Assembly (NCBI RefSeq): GCF_036365525.1
Contig: NC_090399.1
Location: 10,539,558 to 10,603,557 of the forward strand
Source: Heterodontus francisci
Lineage: Eukaryota
DNA: 64,000 nucleotides
Direction: 5' to 3'
Each line of letters begins with the position of its first letter. The first letter of the stretch is position 1. The translations under genes were made by a program, and so were the position numbers. Shown here one piece after another: positions 39,221 to 50,389 of the stretch. The notes beneath the pieces are model-generated. The model made no database searches. It was not told the DNA's origin and saw nothing but the letters and a program-made list of their open reading frames with translations.

Positions 39221-39430
39221 TTGATGATCTACTGATGAAGAATCCAACCGCCTGAAATTTTCAACAGTCTGAATCAACTAAGTACCGGAATGACATTCAT
39301 AGTTAAAAATGTTTGTAGTTAACATGTATTTTATCCGCTTGTTATAGATACCTGATGTCAAAATAATAATAATAATATTGCTCCTTGGAGATTTAACTCA
39401 ATATTCTGTTAATAAAAAATGGACAATTTT
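39221..39430 (+). other. UrIg: Probable terminal exon of the UrIg-like gene (1 coding nt + TGA TGA + 3'UTR)
   Basis: Strong acceptor TTCTTCTCTTTCAG|T at 39221; AG+T=Ser then TGATGA; AATAAA at 39411-39416 and 39492-39497. Confidence 0.6.
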
Positions 39431-39984
39431 AGCTTATGAACTACTGACCTCTAAGGAATAGGAATTAATCTTGGAGATGTTGCAAGCTTCAAATAAAACA
39501 TCAAACATCTCTGCTAAATTGTTTCTTAATAATTCTAAGCAGCTGATTTGAAGGTTGACATGCATGAATGTACCGTTAATATACATAAATTAGTGCACAA
39601 TATAAATCGATTGTATTAGTGCTATAAGGAGGCTGGAATTCACTAGAAGAAGTTTATCAAATAACCAGGCAGAAGAAGTGAAGAAACCAGTGATTGAGCA
39701 GAAAAAAATGAATGGTTCAATTTATAAAGAAAATGATATGCTACTTTCTACTACATTCTGTCAGTATGTTCAATATCAGTTGCTGCAGTGCAGTGGTTTT
39801 GATCATGGGGTGTGTGATCCTTCCAATTGGGTATCCATTTCTCCTCTTTAACCAGTTGGCAGATACCCTGGCTACACTGAATAATATGGGTCCGTCTCTT
39901 GCTTGTCTCTACTGTCTTCATTTTGCGATTTGTTTCCATGTCACATGTCTGATACTATTATTTCTCTCATTTTCCCACTCTTTC

Positions 39985-41900
39985 ATAGAATGTGGGCATC
40001 ACTGGCAAGGCCAACATTTGCTACCCATCCCTAAATGGCCTTGAGAAGGTGGTGGTGAGTTACCTTCTTGAACCACAAGTGCTGTTAGGAAGGGAGTCAG
40101 GAGATGAGTTACACACTGCAGAAGCCTCTGACTTGGTCTTGCAACCACAGTATTTATATGGCTATATCGGTTAAGTTTCTGGTCAATGGTAACCCCCAGG
40201 ATGTTGATAGTGGAGGATTCAGCGATGGTAATGCCGTTGAACATCAAGGGGAGGTGGTTAGATTGTCTCTTGTTTGAGATGGTCATTGCCTGGCACTTGT
40301 GTGACATAAATTATCACTTATCAGCCCAAGCCTGAATGTTGTCCAGGTCTTGCTGCATGCGGGCACGATTACTTCAGTATCTGAGGAGTTGCGAATGGTA
40401 CTGAACATTGTGCAATCCTCAGCGAACATCCCCACTTCTGAACTTATACTGGAGGGATAGTCATTGATGAAGCAGCTGAAGATAGTTGGGCCTAGGACAT
40501 TACCCTGAGGAACTCCTGCAGCAATGTCCTGGGGCTCAGATGATTGGCCTCCAACAACCACAACTATTTTCTTTTGCACTAGGTATGACTCCAACCAGCG
40601 GAGCGTTTTCCCCCTGATTCCCATTGACTCCAGTTTTGCTAGGGTTCCTTGATGCCATACTCGGTCAAATGCTGCCTCGATGTCAAGGGCAGTCACTCTC
40701 ACCTCACCTCTTGAGTTCAGCTCTTTTCAGAATATGCTAACATGTTTGAACCAAGGCTGTGATGAAGTCTGGAGCTGAGTGGCCCTGGCAGAACCCAAAC
40801 TGAGCATCAGTGAACAGGTTATTCCTGTGTAAGTGTCATTTGATTGCACTGTTGACAATACCATGCATCACTTCGTGACCTCTACCACCTAGAAGAACAA
40901 GGGCAGCAGATGCATGGGAACACCACCACTTGCAAGTTCCCCTCCAAGCCACACACCATCCTGACTTGTAACTATATCGCCGTTCCTTCACTGTCACTGG
41001 GTCAAAATCCTGGAACTCTCTTCCTAACAGCACTGTGGGTGTACCTACACCACATGGACTGCAGCAGTTCAAGAAGGCAGCTCACCACCACCTTCTCAAG
41101 GGCAATTAGGGATGGGCAATAAATGCTGGCCTGGCCAGTGACATCCACATCCTGTGAATGAATGATTGAGAGCACACTGATGGGGCAGTAATTGTCCAAA
41201 TTGGATTTGCCATGCCTTTTGTGGATAGGACATACCTGGGCAATTTTCCACATCTTTGGGTAGATGCCGGTGCTATAGCTGTATAGAACAACTTTGCCAC
41301 GGGCACAGCTAGTTCTGGAGCACAAATCCTCAGTACTACAGCCGAGATATTGTCGGGACTCATAGTCATTGTAGTATCCATTGCCTTCCACTGTTTCTTG
41401 ATATCAGGTGGTGTGAATCGAATTGGCTGAAGACTGGCATCTGTGAGGCTGGGGACCTCAAGAGGAGGCCAAGATGGATCATCCGCTCAGCACTTGTGAC
41501 TGAAGATTGTTGCAAATGCTGCAACCATTTCTTTTGCACTGATGTGCTGGGCTCCCTCATTATTGAGGATGGGGATATTTGAGGAGTCTCCTCCGGTTAG
41601 TTGTTTAATTGTCCACCTCCATTCACGACTGGATATGATACGATTACAGAGCTTTGGTCTGATCCATTGGTTGTGGGATCACTTAGCCCTGTCTATCATA
41701 TGTTGCTTTTGCTGTTTGGCACGCAAGTAGTCCTGTGCTGTAGCTTCACCAGGTTGGCACCTCATTTTTAGGCATGCCTGGTGCATGCTCTCCTACACTC
41801 CACATTGAACCTGGGTTTGCGTAATGATAATGGTAGAGTGGGGGATATGCTGTGCCACAAGGTTACAGATTGTGGTTGAATGTAATACTGCTGCTGCTGA
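39985..41900 (-). mobile_element. CR1/L2-clade LINE fragments, with nested plus-strand tail ~40875-41165
   Basis: ALDIEAAFDRVWHQG, GVPQGNVLGPTIFSCFIND, WKIAQVCPIHK. Confidence 0.8.
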
Positions 41901-43813
41901 TGGCCCTCACTGCCTTTCTCTAACACTTTCTGACTCTTTTCCTTCTTCTTTATGTTTTTTTCCTTCTTTTCCTTTACCTGAGGGTTGGTTAGTGACATGG
42001 GACATTACCAAAGGGAAAGGAGCTGCTGGTGGCCGCAGGCCACATTTCCCAGTAGGGTTGCAAGGAAAATGTCTTGTTCAGTACCTCTCTTCCCATCCCC
42101 ACCCAATCACTTTTCTCACCACTTCCTATCATCTTATTCCTTATGGCAGGGATAGGCGCCAACATGTTGTACCATGGGCATTTGACAAAATTATTTCCCC
42201 AACCACAGATGTGGGGGAAATTAAACTGAATATAAAACATATAGCCAATCTACTGCCATCAAAACAGTCTGATTTAAAACACATTTCTCCCTATGAATAA
42301 AGTAGCTAAGCATACAAACATCAATAGAGAGCGGCACAACTGTATTAGCTAGCTAGCAGGAAAAATAGTGTGCAATGAAAATGCAAATTACTTTTGTTGA
42401 CTCTGTGGATTCACACTGTGTCAAGAATGCAAATTCATCCAATAAATCATGAAACTGAAGGAGAAGATTGTTATTGTGGTGATTGAGGTGAGGCAGTAGA
42501 AAAATCAGCAATAGGAAGACGGGCAATTTCTCACACTGCTGTTGTCACAAGACAATTTAACCTGTGGTCAATGTTTGTGCAACTTCTCCACCTGCTTGTA
42601 ATAATTGCCTGAAGACAGGGCAGCCAACAAAAGGACAGTGATCTCTGTGTCTCCTGCCAAAAACTAGTGTAAGGGCCTGTCCCCTGGCCCTCTGTAGGTA
42701 TTGAAAACACCAGCACAGACTTATAGTTGGTTTTGACCCTTGAATTACAAGAGAGCAAACTGGTGACTCAGTTAAAAGGTTGCTATGCTTAATGGGGTTA
42801 TGATTTACTTAAAACGATTACAGAAAAATGAAAATGCTTACAGATTTAACAGGTTGAGAAAGAAAAGAAAGTAATAATGAAAAAAAAACAACAGCTTTAT
42901 TTTGTTCTTCCAGCAAGTAAAATATTTCAACAATATCTAGCATTAGAAATCTCAAATATGTTACGAACTAGTCGTACAATCACCCAAAGTGGCCATTCCT
43001 GCTGATTGCAGACTCTACTTCTGAAGCTCGCTTGGGCTTCCAATGCTTGGTTGGATTCCTCCTCCCGGCATTCAGTCGTGTTTACTCTACCCTCAACTGC
43101 AGTGGTGGTCTCTTGCCCCTGCAGTTAAGAACTCTTCTGTGTTTCACCTTTATAACCTTTCTCAGGGGATGGGGCTAGTTTTCTAAATGGACAGGCCACA
43201 GAGGCCTATGAAGCTTCTTTTTAAAAGCACAGTACCTAATTATATTCTGCGTTCTTTGTTTAAACTGTGATTTGAATCAGCCCAGAAGGCATTCCCTCTT
43301 TCTTCCACTTTCTCCAGTAACCTTCCATTATTCCATTGCCTCGTGCAGTCAATTTTCTGGTCTCTTGGCTAGTTCAGCATTTTCAAAAAGCTGAAAAAAA
43401 CAAGGGAATCGGTTTCTCAGTCCAGTTCATTGCACTGCAAAGCATGATGGGTAATATAGTCATGCATTTTGTCATGAATTAGTTTACAAAAGGTTTTTTT
43501 TTCTTGTCCTAAATCTCCATGACTGGAGGCTGTGCCTGGTCCTCTCGGAGGGGAGGGCAAGACTAAAGCCAAAACAGATAAAAATAGCCCTTGGTGCCCC
43601 CTGCTGCCTCTTGAAAGCAGCAGTGGGTGTGACGCAAGGGTAGTGGGTTCAAGAGCACAACTTTGGGTCTCTTGGGGCTACAGCTCCACCCGTACTCCAT
43701 GCCCGATAACCAGGCATTCAGACCAGCCCGAGGTGGAAGGACTGTAACTGGGCTGAGGCCAGGCCATCTAAACCGCGAGTGTCGGGAGGAAAGATGAGGG
43801 CAAGCGTGTCCTC

Positions 43814-44740
43814 TGTAACGAGTGTTTCCATTTTTTTGTTAAGTTTTGAGAATTTGTGTTTTAAAATTGACAGATTCCATAGATACTGGAACTTTGGGTG
43901 TTTTTTTTTGAAAGGAGCTCACCAGAAGGTTTGGGACTGAGTTTGAACTGTAAACAGTTACTGGAAGGCACCTGCTTTCAAATAACACATCAGGGGCTGT
44001 TTTTGACTTGGAGAGATGTTTACAAAGCAATGACAAGCCAAGATTTATGGTTGTCATGAGGCTTATTTCTGGAAAGTTTTGGTTTCAATTTGAACTGTTA
44101 AAAAAGCCAATTGTTTGCCTGAAACAGAAGAAGCTCAGTTTTTTTCTCTTGAAAAGAAATCCTACATCCAAGTGTATTTTCTATTTACTCCTGTATTTGA
44201 AGAAACCTTTACTGCTACATTTCTGCTCTAAGACCTAACTGCTGCACTCTTGGAAAGCCTACTCAAACTGATCTTCAACATCGCCTGGAAGGAACTGTTC
44301 TTGGAAGATCCTAGTGACACCCACCTATTCGCATTTGGGATGCTGAACCAACACAAAGAACATCTTTCCAGAAATTTTTTTCTTCCTAAGTGTTTGTTTT
44401 TATTCTTCCTTCTATTTCTTTGCAACAGCTGTAAACAAAAATCCTTTTTTTCCTGGTTACCCAGTTTTGTGTGTGTGTGTATGTGAGGGCTAGGATAAAT
44501 AATGGTCTTTAATATTTCAATTTGTGTGTAAGTTTTATTTAATTACTGGTTAAAACCTGGTTTATAATAAATTGATAATTTTGTTGTTTATTAAAGAAAC
44601 CTGGTTGGTGTGCTTTATTCTGGGGAAGCAGAGAGTATCTGATTGACTGTTTCGGTAAGTGGGAAAATTTCAATATATGTTGTGACCTGTGGAGAAGTGG
44701 GACTGAAATAACAGTGCACTCCTCCACCTCGGTGGTAACA
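43814..44740 (+). mobile_element. Solo LTR (927 bp) with 4-bp TSD
   Basis: TGTAACG...GGTAACA termini flanked by CCTC (43810-43813 / 44741-44744); ATTAAA near the 3' end. Confidence 0.75.
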
Positions 44741-46059
44741 CCTCACAGGCAGAGTGTACCACTGACACACAGCACTAGTCAAATACCCAGTGTACTTCCA
44801 TTCGGGAAAACCTACTCTCATAAATTTGTTTTTCTGCTACCCAAATATGATATAGAATTACATAGAATGTACAGCAAAGGAACAGGCCATTTAGCCCAAC
44901 CAGTCCATGCCAGCATTTATGCTCCACTCGAGCCTCCTGTCATTGTTACACATCTAACTCTATGAGCGTAACCCTCTATTCACTTCTCCCTTATATATTT
45001 TTCTAGCTTCCCCTTAAATGCATCTGCACTAGTCATCTCAACCATTCCCATAGTAGTGAGTTCCACATCCTCACCACTGTTTAGTTAAAGAAGTTTCTGC
45101 TGAATTCCCTATTGGATTTTTTATATTGACGGCCTCTAGCTTTGCTTTTCGCCACAAGTGGAAACATTGGGCTGGATTTGGTGGGCCGCTCTGAGGCAGA
45201 TTTGGAGGCTGCAGGGAACATGGGTGGCAGGGGGGAGGGCCCGTCACCGGGCGATCTTACCGGGGGGTGGGATAGGCTGATGATGGCCTTCCCACCTAGA
45301 GGCTAATTGAAGCACTTAAATGGCTATTAACGGCCAATTAAGGGCCTCTTCCCATTGCTGCTGGGATGTTACCAGCGGTGGGGGAGGGCCTCCGCCACGT
45401 AGGGAGAGTGCTTTCTAACACGAGATGCCCTCCCTGCAAGTCTGGGGAAGTCCCTCCTATGTGGGCAATCTGTGGCCCACGGAGGACCCCGCTGGGAACC
45501 ATATTATCCCCAGCACCCTCCTCCTTCTGGACTGCAAGACCATCCCACCCCATGCCTGCTCACCTTTTGTACTGGCCCCGGTGACCTCGCCTCACTTTCC
45601 TGAGCTCCAGCGTTCCACCGCCGGGCCTGGGTGCAAGGCATCTGCAGTACCAGCAGTGGCCAAAGCTCCTGTTGGCGCTGCTGAGCTGCCAGCCCTCTGA
45701 TTGGCTGACATCTCTTGGTAGTGGGATCTCTGTCACTAACGGGATGGAGATCCCGGTTCCTGAAACTTAGATTTCAAAAGACCGGAGGATCGCTTGGGGG
45801 TGTGAAAGGCACACAAAAACAGAAGTGGGCCCACCTTTTCCACCCAGCGCTGGGAGCCCCGCCTCCAGCACAAAATCCAACCCATGTTCTCGGGGTCTAC
45901 TCTATCAAAACTTTTCATAACCTCTATTACGTCACCCCTCAGCCTTCCTTTTTGAAGAGAAAAGAAACCAAACCTGTGTAATTCAGAAGACCAAAGTCCT
46001 CCATCGACAAGCTCCAAATACATACGCCCCAGCCCCATTGATTAGGATTCACGATGAGT

Positions 46060-46830
46060 GCCTGGAAAGTGTGGAAGTTATCTTTCACAGAAGGATGACA
46101 TTGATGAAGAAATCCAGCATTGCCTGAAATCTGCTGGTGCAGCGTTTGGCCACCTGAGGAAGTGAATGTTTGAAGATCACGACATCAAAACTGAAAGCGA
46201 GCTCATGGTCTACCATGCGGTCGTGATCCCTACCTTATGGGCTGAAACATGGATAACATAGAAGGCACCTCAAAGCACTGGAGTCATTTCATCTGCCTGT
46301 GGAAGATCCTACATATCAAGTGGGAGGACAGGTTCACCAACATCAGTGTCCTGTCACACGCAGGTACCACAAGCATCGAGGCTATGATTATCCACCAGCA
46401 GCTTCGTTGGGTTGGTCACATAGTTTGAATGTCAGATACCAGGCTCCCAGAGCAGGTGGTCTTCTCCCAGCTCAGGCAGGGCAGAAGCACCAGAGGACAG
46501 AAGCAGTTCTTCAAGGAGGTGCTGAAAGGCAACATGAAGAAATGCAACATTGACGTCAACTCCTGGGAGACCATCGCCCTGGACCGAACCAAATGGAGGC
46601 AGGATCTGTGGGAAGGATCCCAGCATTTTGAGACCCAACGATGACAAACTGAAGAGGAAAATTGAGAGCAGCGAAAAGAACAAGCCATGATCCCAACTAA
46701 TAATACACGACCAGACACCCCACATGACAACAAATGTCCACATGCAATAAAGTCTTTAGATCCCAAATCGGCCTCATCAAACATCTTTGGACTCATGGAA
46801 CACAATCATCCTCACCTGTGAGGGGTAGCT
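46060..46830 (+). mobile_element. Old RTE-clade LINE 3' fragment
   Basis: QLRWVGH..MSDTRLPEQVVFSQLRQG...WETIALDRTKWR. Confidence 0.75.
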
Positions 46831-48198
46831 AGTATAGGTGTAACCTCGCTGCTTTGGTATCATCCTTGTAAAACTTTTTTGCATTCTCTCCAGTGCCTCT
46901 ATATCCTTTTTATAACATGGTGACCTGAACTGTACACAAGTTCAGTGAAATTACCTTAACTTTTAATTATTTCCCGCTAGAAATAAACTCTGGTGCTCGA
47001 TTTGCTTTTTTAAGAAAATGCCCTTATCAACAGCATCGCTAACTTTAGTGATTTGTGTATTTTTACTCTGAGATCCCTTTACTCCTCTACCCCACTTAGA
47101 TTCTTATCTTCTGAATACTATGTTTTTCTTACCGAAATGTAACAAATAATGTATACTCGCTTCAAAATACTTGTTTAGTTTCAGCTTAAAGACGGCCAAT
47201 CTGCTTGAAACTTATCGCTGTTAAAAATAAACGTGGCCCCCTGCCTCTAAAAGGGTCTCACTGACGATCATGGTAACTCTTAATGTTCCCTTGACATGGA
47301 GAACTCTAACTGGCTGATAACAAGGATAGGTCTGAGGAGTGGCCATCACATGTTAATTGGACCTGACGGCTCATTTGTGTTTCTCGAATGCTGCTCAGTG
47401 GCGTGAATCTGGTGGGGAGTAAATCGATGTCAGGCAGGAGAGAATCGGCCGCCCACTCTGCATCCCACCCAGAAGCTCTCTTCCGTCAGTTCAGTGGGTC
47501 ATGTTTTTGACTCTGGGTCGGAAGGTTTAATTCCCCACTCCAGAGACTTGAGCACAAAGTCTAGACTGACACAACCAGTGCAGTACTGAGGGAGCACTAC
47601 ACAGTCAGAGGTACCGTCTTTTGGATGAGGCATTAAACCAAAGCCCCGTCTGCCCTCTCAGGTGGACATTAAAGATCCCATCCTGATCAATATTTACCCC
47701 TCTACAAGCGTCACTAAGTCACCAATGATCTGACCATTTATCACATGGCTGTTTGTGGGATCTTGCTCTACACAAATTGGCTGCCACGCTTCCTACATTG
47801 CAACAGTGCCCCAGGCTTCCAGCCCGCACCCACCCACCCTCCCCGTCCCCCTCGCCGTCCAACCAACTTATCCGACTGCTCGGTACCTTTCCCAAAGTCA
47901 GAATTCCCGCTGTCACTCGCTGGCCTTTACTTGATTCCTGTCAGGGTCTGTCCGTTACACATTGCCACCCATGGTTGTCTGTCCATTAGAAGGACTGAAT
48001 GGAAGTCTCTGTGCTGACCCCATATCTGATCTGTACAGGCAAGTAAATGAAGCTTTGAGCTGGTACCCTGATGCCTGTTTAAATTCAATACTATGATTTT
48101 TTAAAACTTGGTGGTTGTTCTGGTTTGAAGGTATTTGACGATTCACCCGAGTGTTATGTGACTTTCAGTGGCCCTGGTTTTAAGGAGGAGTGTATTGG

Positions 48199-48232
48199 TG
48201 TAATTCCTACTCTTTGCCCCCAGGTGGTGCTG
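48199..48232 (+). promoter_or_regulatory. CTCF-like site (upstream motif + core)
   Basis: TGTAATTCC-N6-TTGCCCCCAGGTGGTGCTG resembles the upstream motif plus CCASYAGRKGGC core. Confidence 0.5.
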
Positions 48233-50389
48233 CTGCACCTTGTAATCCTGTCACTTTAAATGACTATCGAAAGGCAAAACAATAACAACCTTCGTTTATC
48301 TTGCACCTTTGACAAATGTCCCAAAGTGCTTCTCAGGAGGGATTATCAAACAAAATATGACACTGAGTCACATATTAGGACAGGCGATCAAAAGCTTGGT
48401 CAAAGAGGTCATTTTTAAGGAGCATGGTAAAGGAGGAGAGAAGTAGAGGCTGGGAGAGGTTTAGGGAGGGAATTCCAGAGTTTAGGGTCTAGACGGCTGA
48501 AGGCACGGCCACCAATGGTCGAGTGATTAAAATCAGGGATGCTCCGGACGTCAGAATTAGAGGAGTGCAGATATCGAGGAGGGTTGTGGGGCTGGTGGAG
48601 ATTACAGAGATAGGGAGGTGTTTGGAAAAAAAGAATGAGAATTTTCTTTTAAATTGCTTGACCGGCAGCCAATGTAGGTCAGCGAGCACAGGGGTGATAG
48701 TGGATTTGGTGTGAATCGGGACATGGGCAGAAGAGTTTTGGATGAGTTCAAGTTTATAGAGGTTAGAATGTGGGAGACTGGCCAGAAGTGTTCCGGTTTC
48801 CTCCCACAGCCAAAGACTTGCAGGTTGATAGGCAAATTGGCCATTATAAATTGCCCCTAGTATAGGTAGGTGGCAGGAGAGTTGAGGGAAGGTGGGGATG
48901 TGGTAGGGAATATGGGATTAATGTAAGATTAGTATAAATGGGTGGTTGATGGTTGGCACAGACTCGGTGGGCCGAAGGGCCTGTTTCAGTGCTGTATCTC
49001 TCTATGACTCTATGACGGAGTGCATCAGAACAGTTACGTCTGAAGGTAGAATGGCCTGGGTGGGAGTTTCAGAAGCAGTTAGAAAAATAGAAAATTTACA
49101 GTAGAGAAGGAGGCCATTCAGTCTATCATGTCTGTGCTGGCCAAAAAGCTTTTTTTCCTTCTTTCATGGGGTGTGGGTGTCGCTGGCAAGGCCAGCATTT
49201 GTTGTCCATCCCTAATTGCCCTTGACAATTGAATGGCTTGCTAGACCCTTTAAGAGGGGCAGTTAAGAGTCAACCACATTGCTGTGGGTCTGGAGTCACA
49301 TGTAGGCCAGACCAGGTAAGGACAGCAGATTCCCTTCCCTAAAGGACCTTAGTGAACCAGATGGGTTTTTACAACAATCAATGATAGTGGCACCATTACT
49401 GAGACAACTTTCAAGTTCAGATTTTTATTAATTAATTGAATTTATTATTTTATTGAATCTAAATTCCACCAGCTACCATGGTGGGATTTGAACCCGTGTC
49501 CCCAGGGCACTAGCCTGGGCCTCTAGATTACTAGATATCCCATCTAATCTCACTTTCCTGCTCTTTGTCTGTAGCCTGGTAGGTTACAGCACTTCAAGTG
49601 CATATCCAAGTGGTTTTTTTTTAATGGGATGATGGTTGTTGCCTCTACCACCCTTTCAGGCAATGAGTTCCAGACCCGCATCATCCTCTAGGTGAAAAAA
49701 AATACGCCTCAACTCCTCTCTAATCCTTCCTTCAATTACATTCTGCTCCCTGGTTATTGACCTCTCTGCATAGGGAAATAGGCCTTTCCTATCCACTTTA
49801 TCTAGGCCCCTGATAGTTTTATGCACCTCTATTAAATCTCCCCTTAGCCTCCTCTGAAAACAACTCAGCCTATCCAATCCTTCCTCCTAGCTAAAATTAT
49901 TAGATGACTGGCCAAAATTACCAGAAATAAACTTAAAACTTGTCCCTGATCTGGACAAAAAAAAACTTACCACTACTCACCAATCACCTCGTACTTCCTT
50001 ACCTCTGGGCTCTCCATTTAAAGACTGTTTTTGTATCTAAGGGAAGTACTGTTGACTCGTCGGTATACTCATCCTCAGAGTTCCTCTTCCATATTCACTG
50101 TGACGTCAATGTTGATATCAATTTATCAGAATTCCACACTGACTGAAGAGATGAGGCAGGGGCAGAGTCGGCTGATGTTACGGAATTGGAAACAGGCAGT
50201 CTTGGTGTAGGCATGGATATGTCTCAGGGAATTCAGCTCAGGTTTAACTATGATACCCAGGTCATGACCAGTCATATTCAGCCTCCCACAGTTGCCAGGA
50301 AAAGGGATGGAGTCAGTGGCGAGGGAGTGGAATTTGTGGCAGGGACAGAAGACTAAACTGGGGCAATAGTTTAAACTAGTACTGGGGAG

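Noticed and set aside
42540-43525. Possible third solo LTR (minus strand)
   Set aside because: TGTCAC start and LTR-like composition, but no convincing far terminus or TSD
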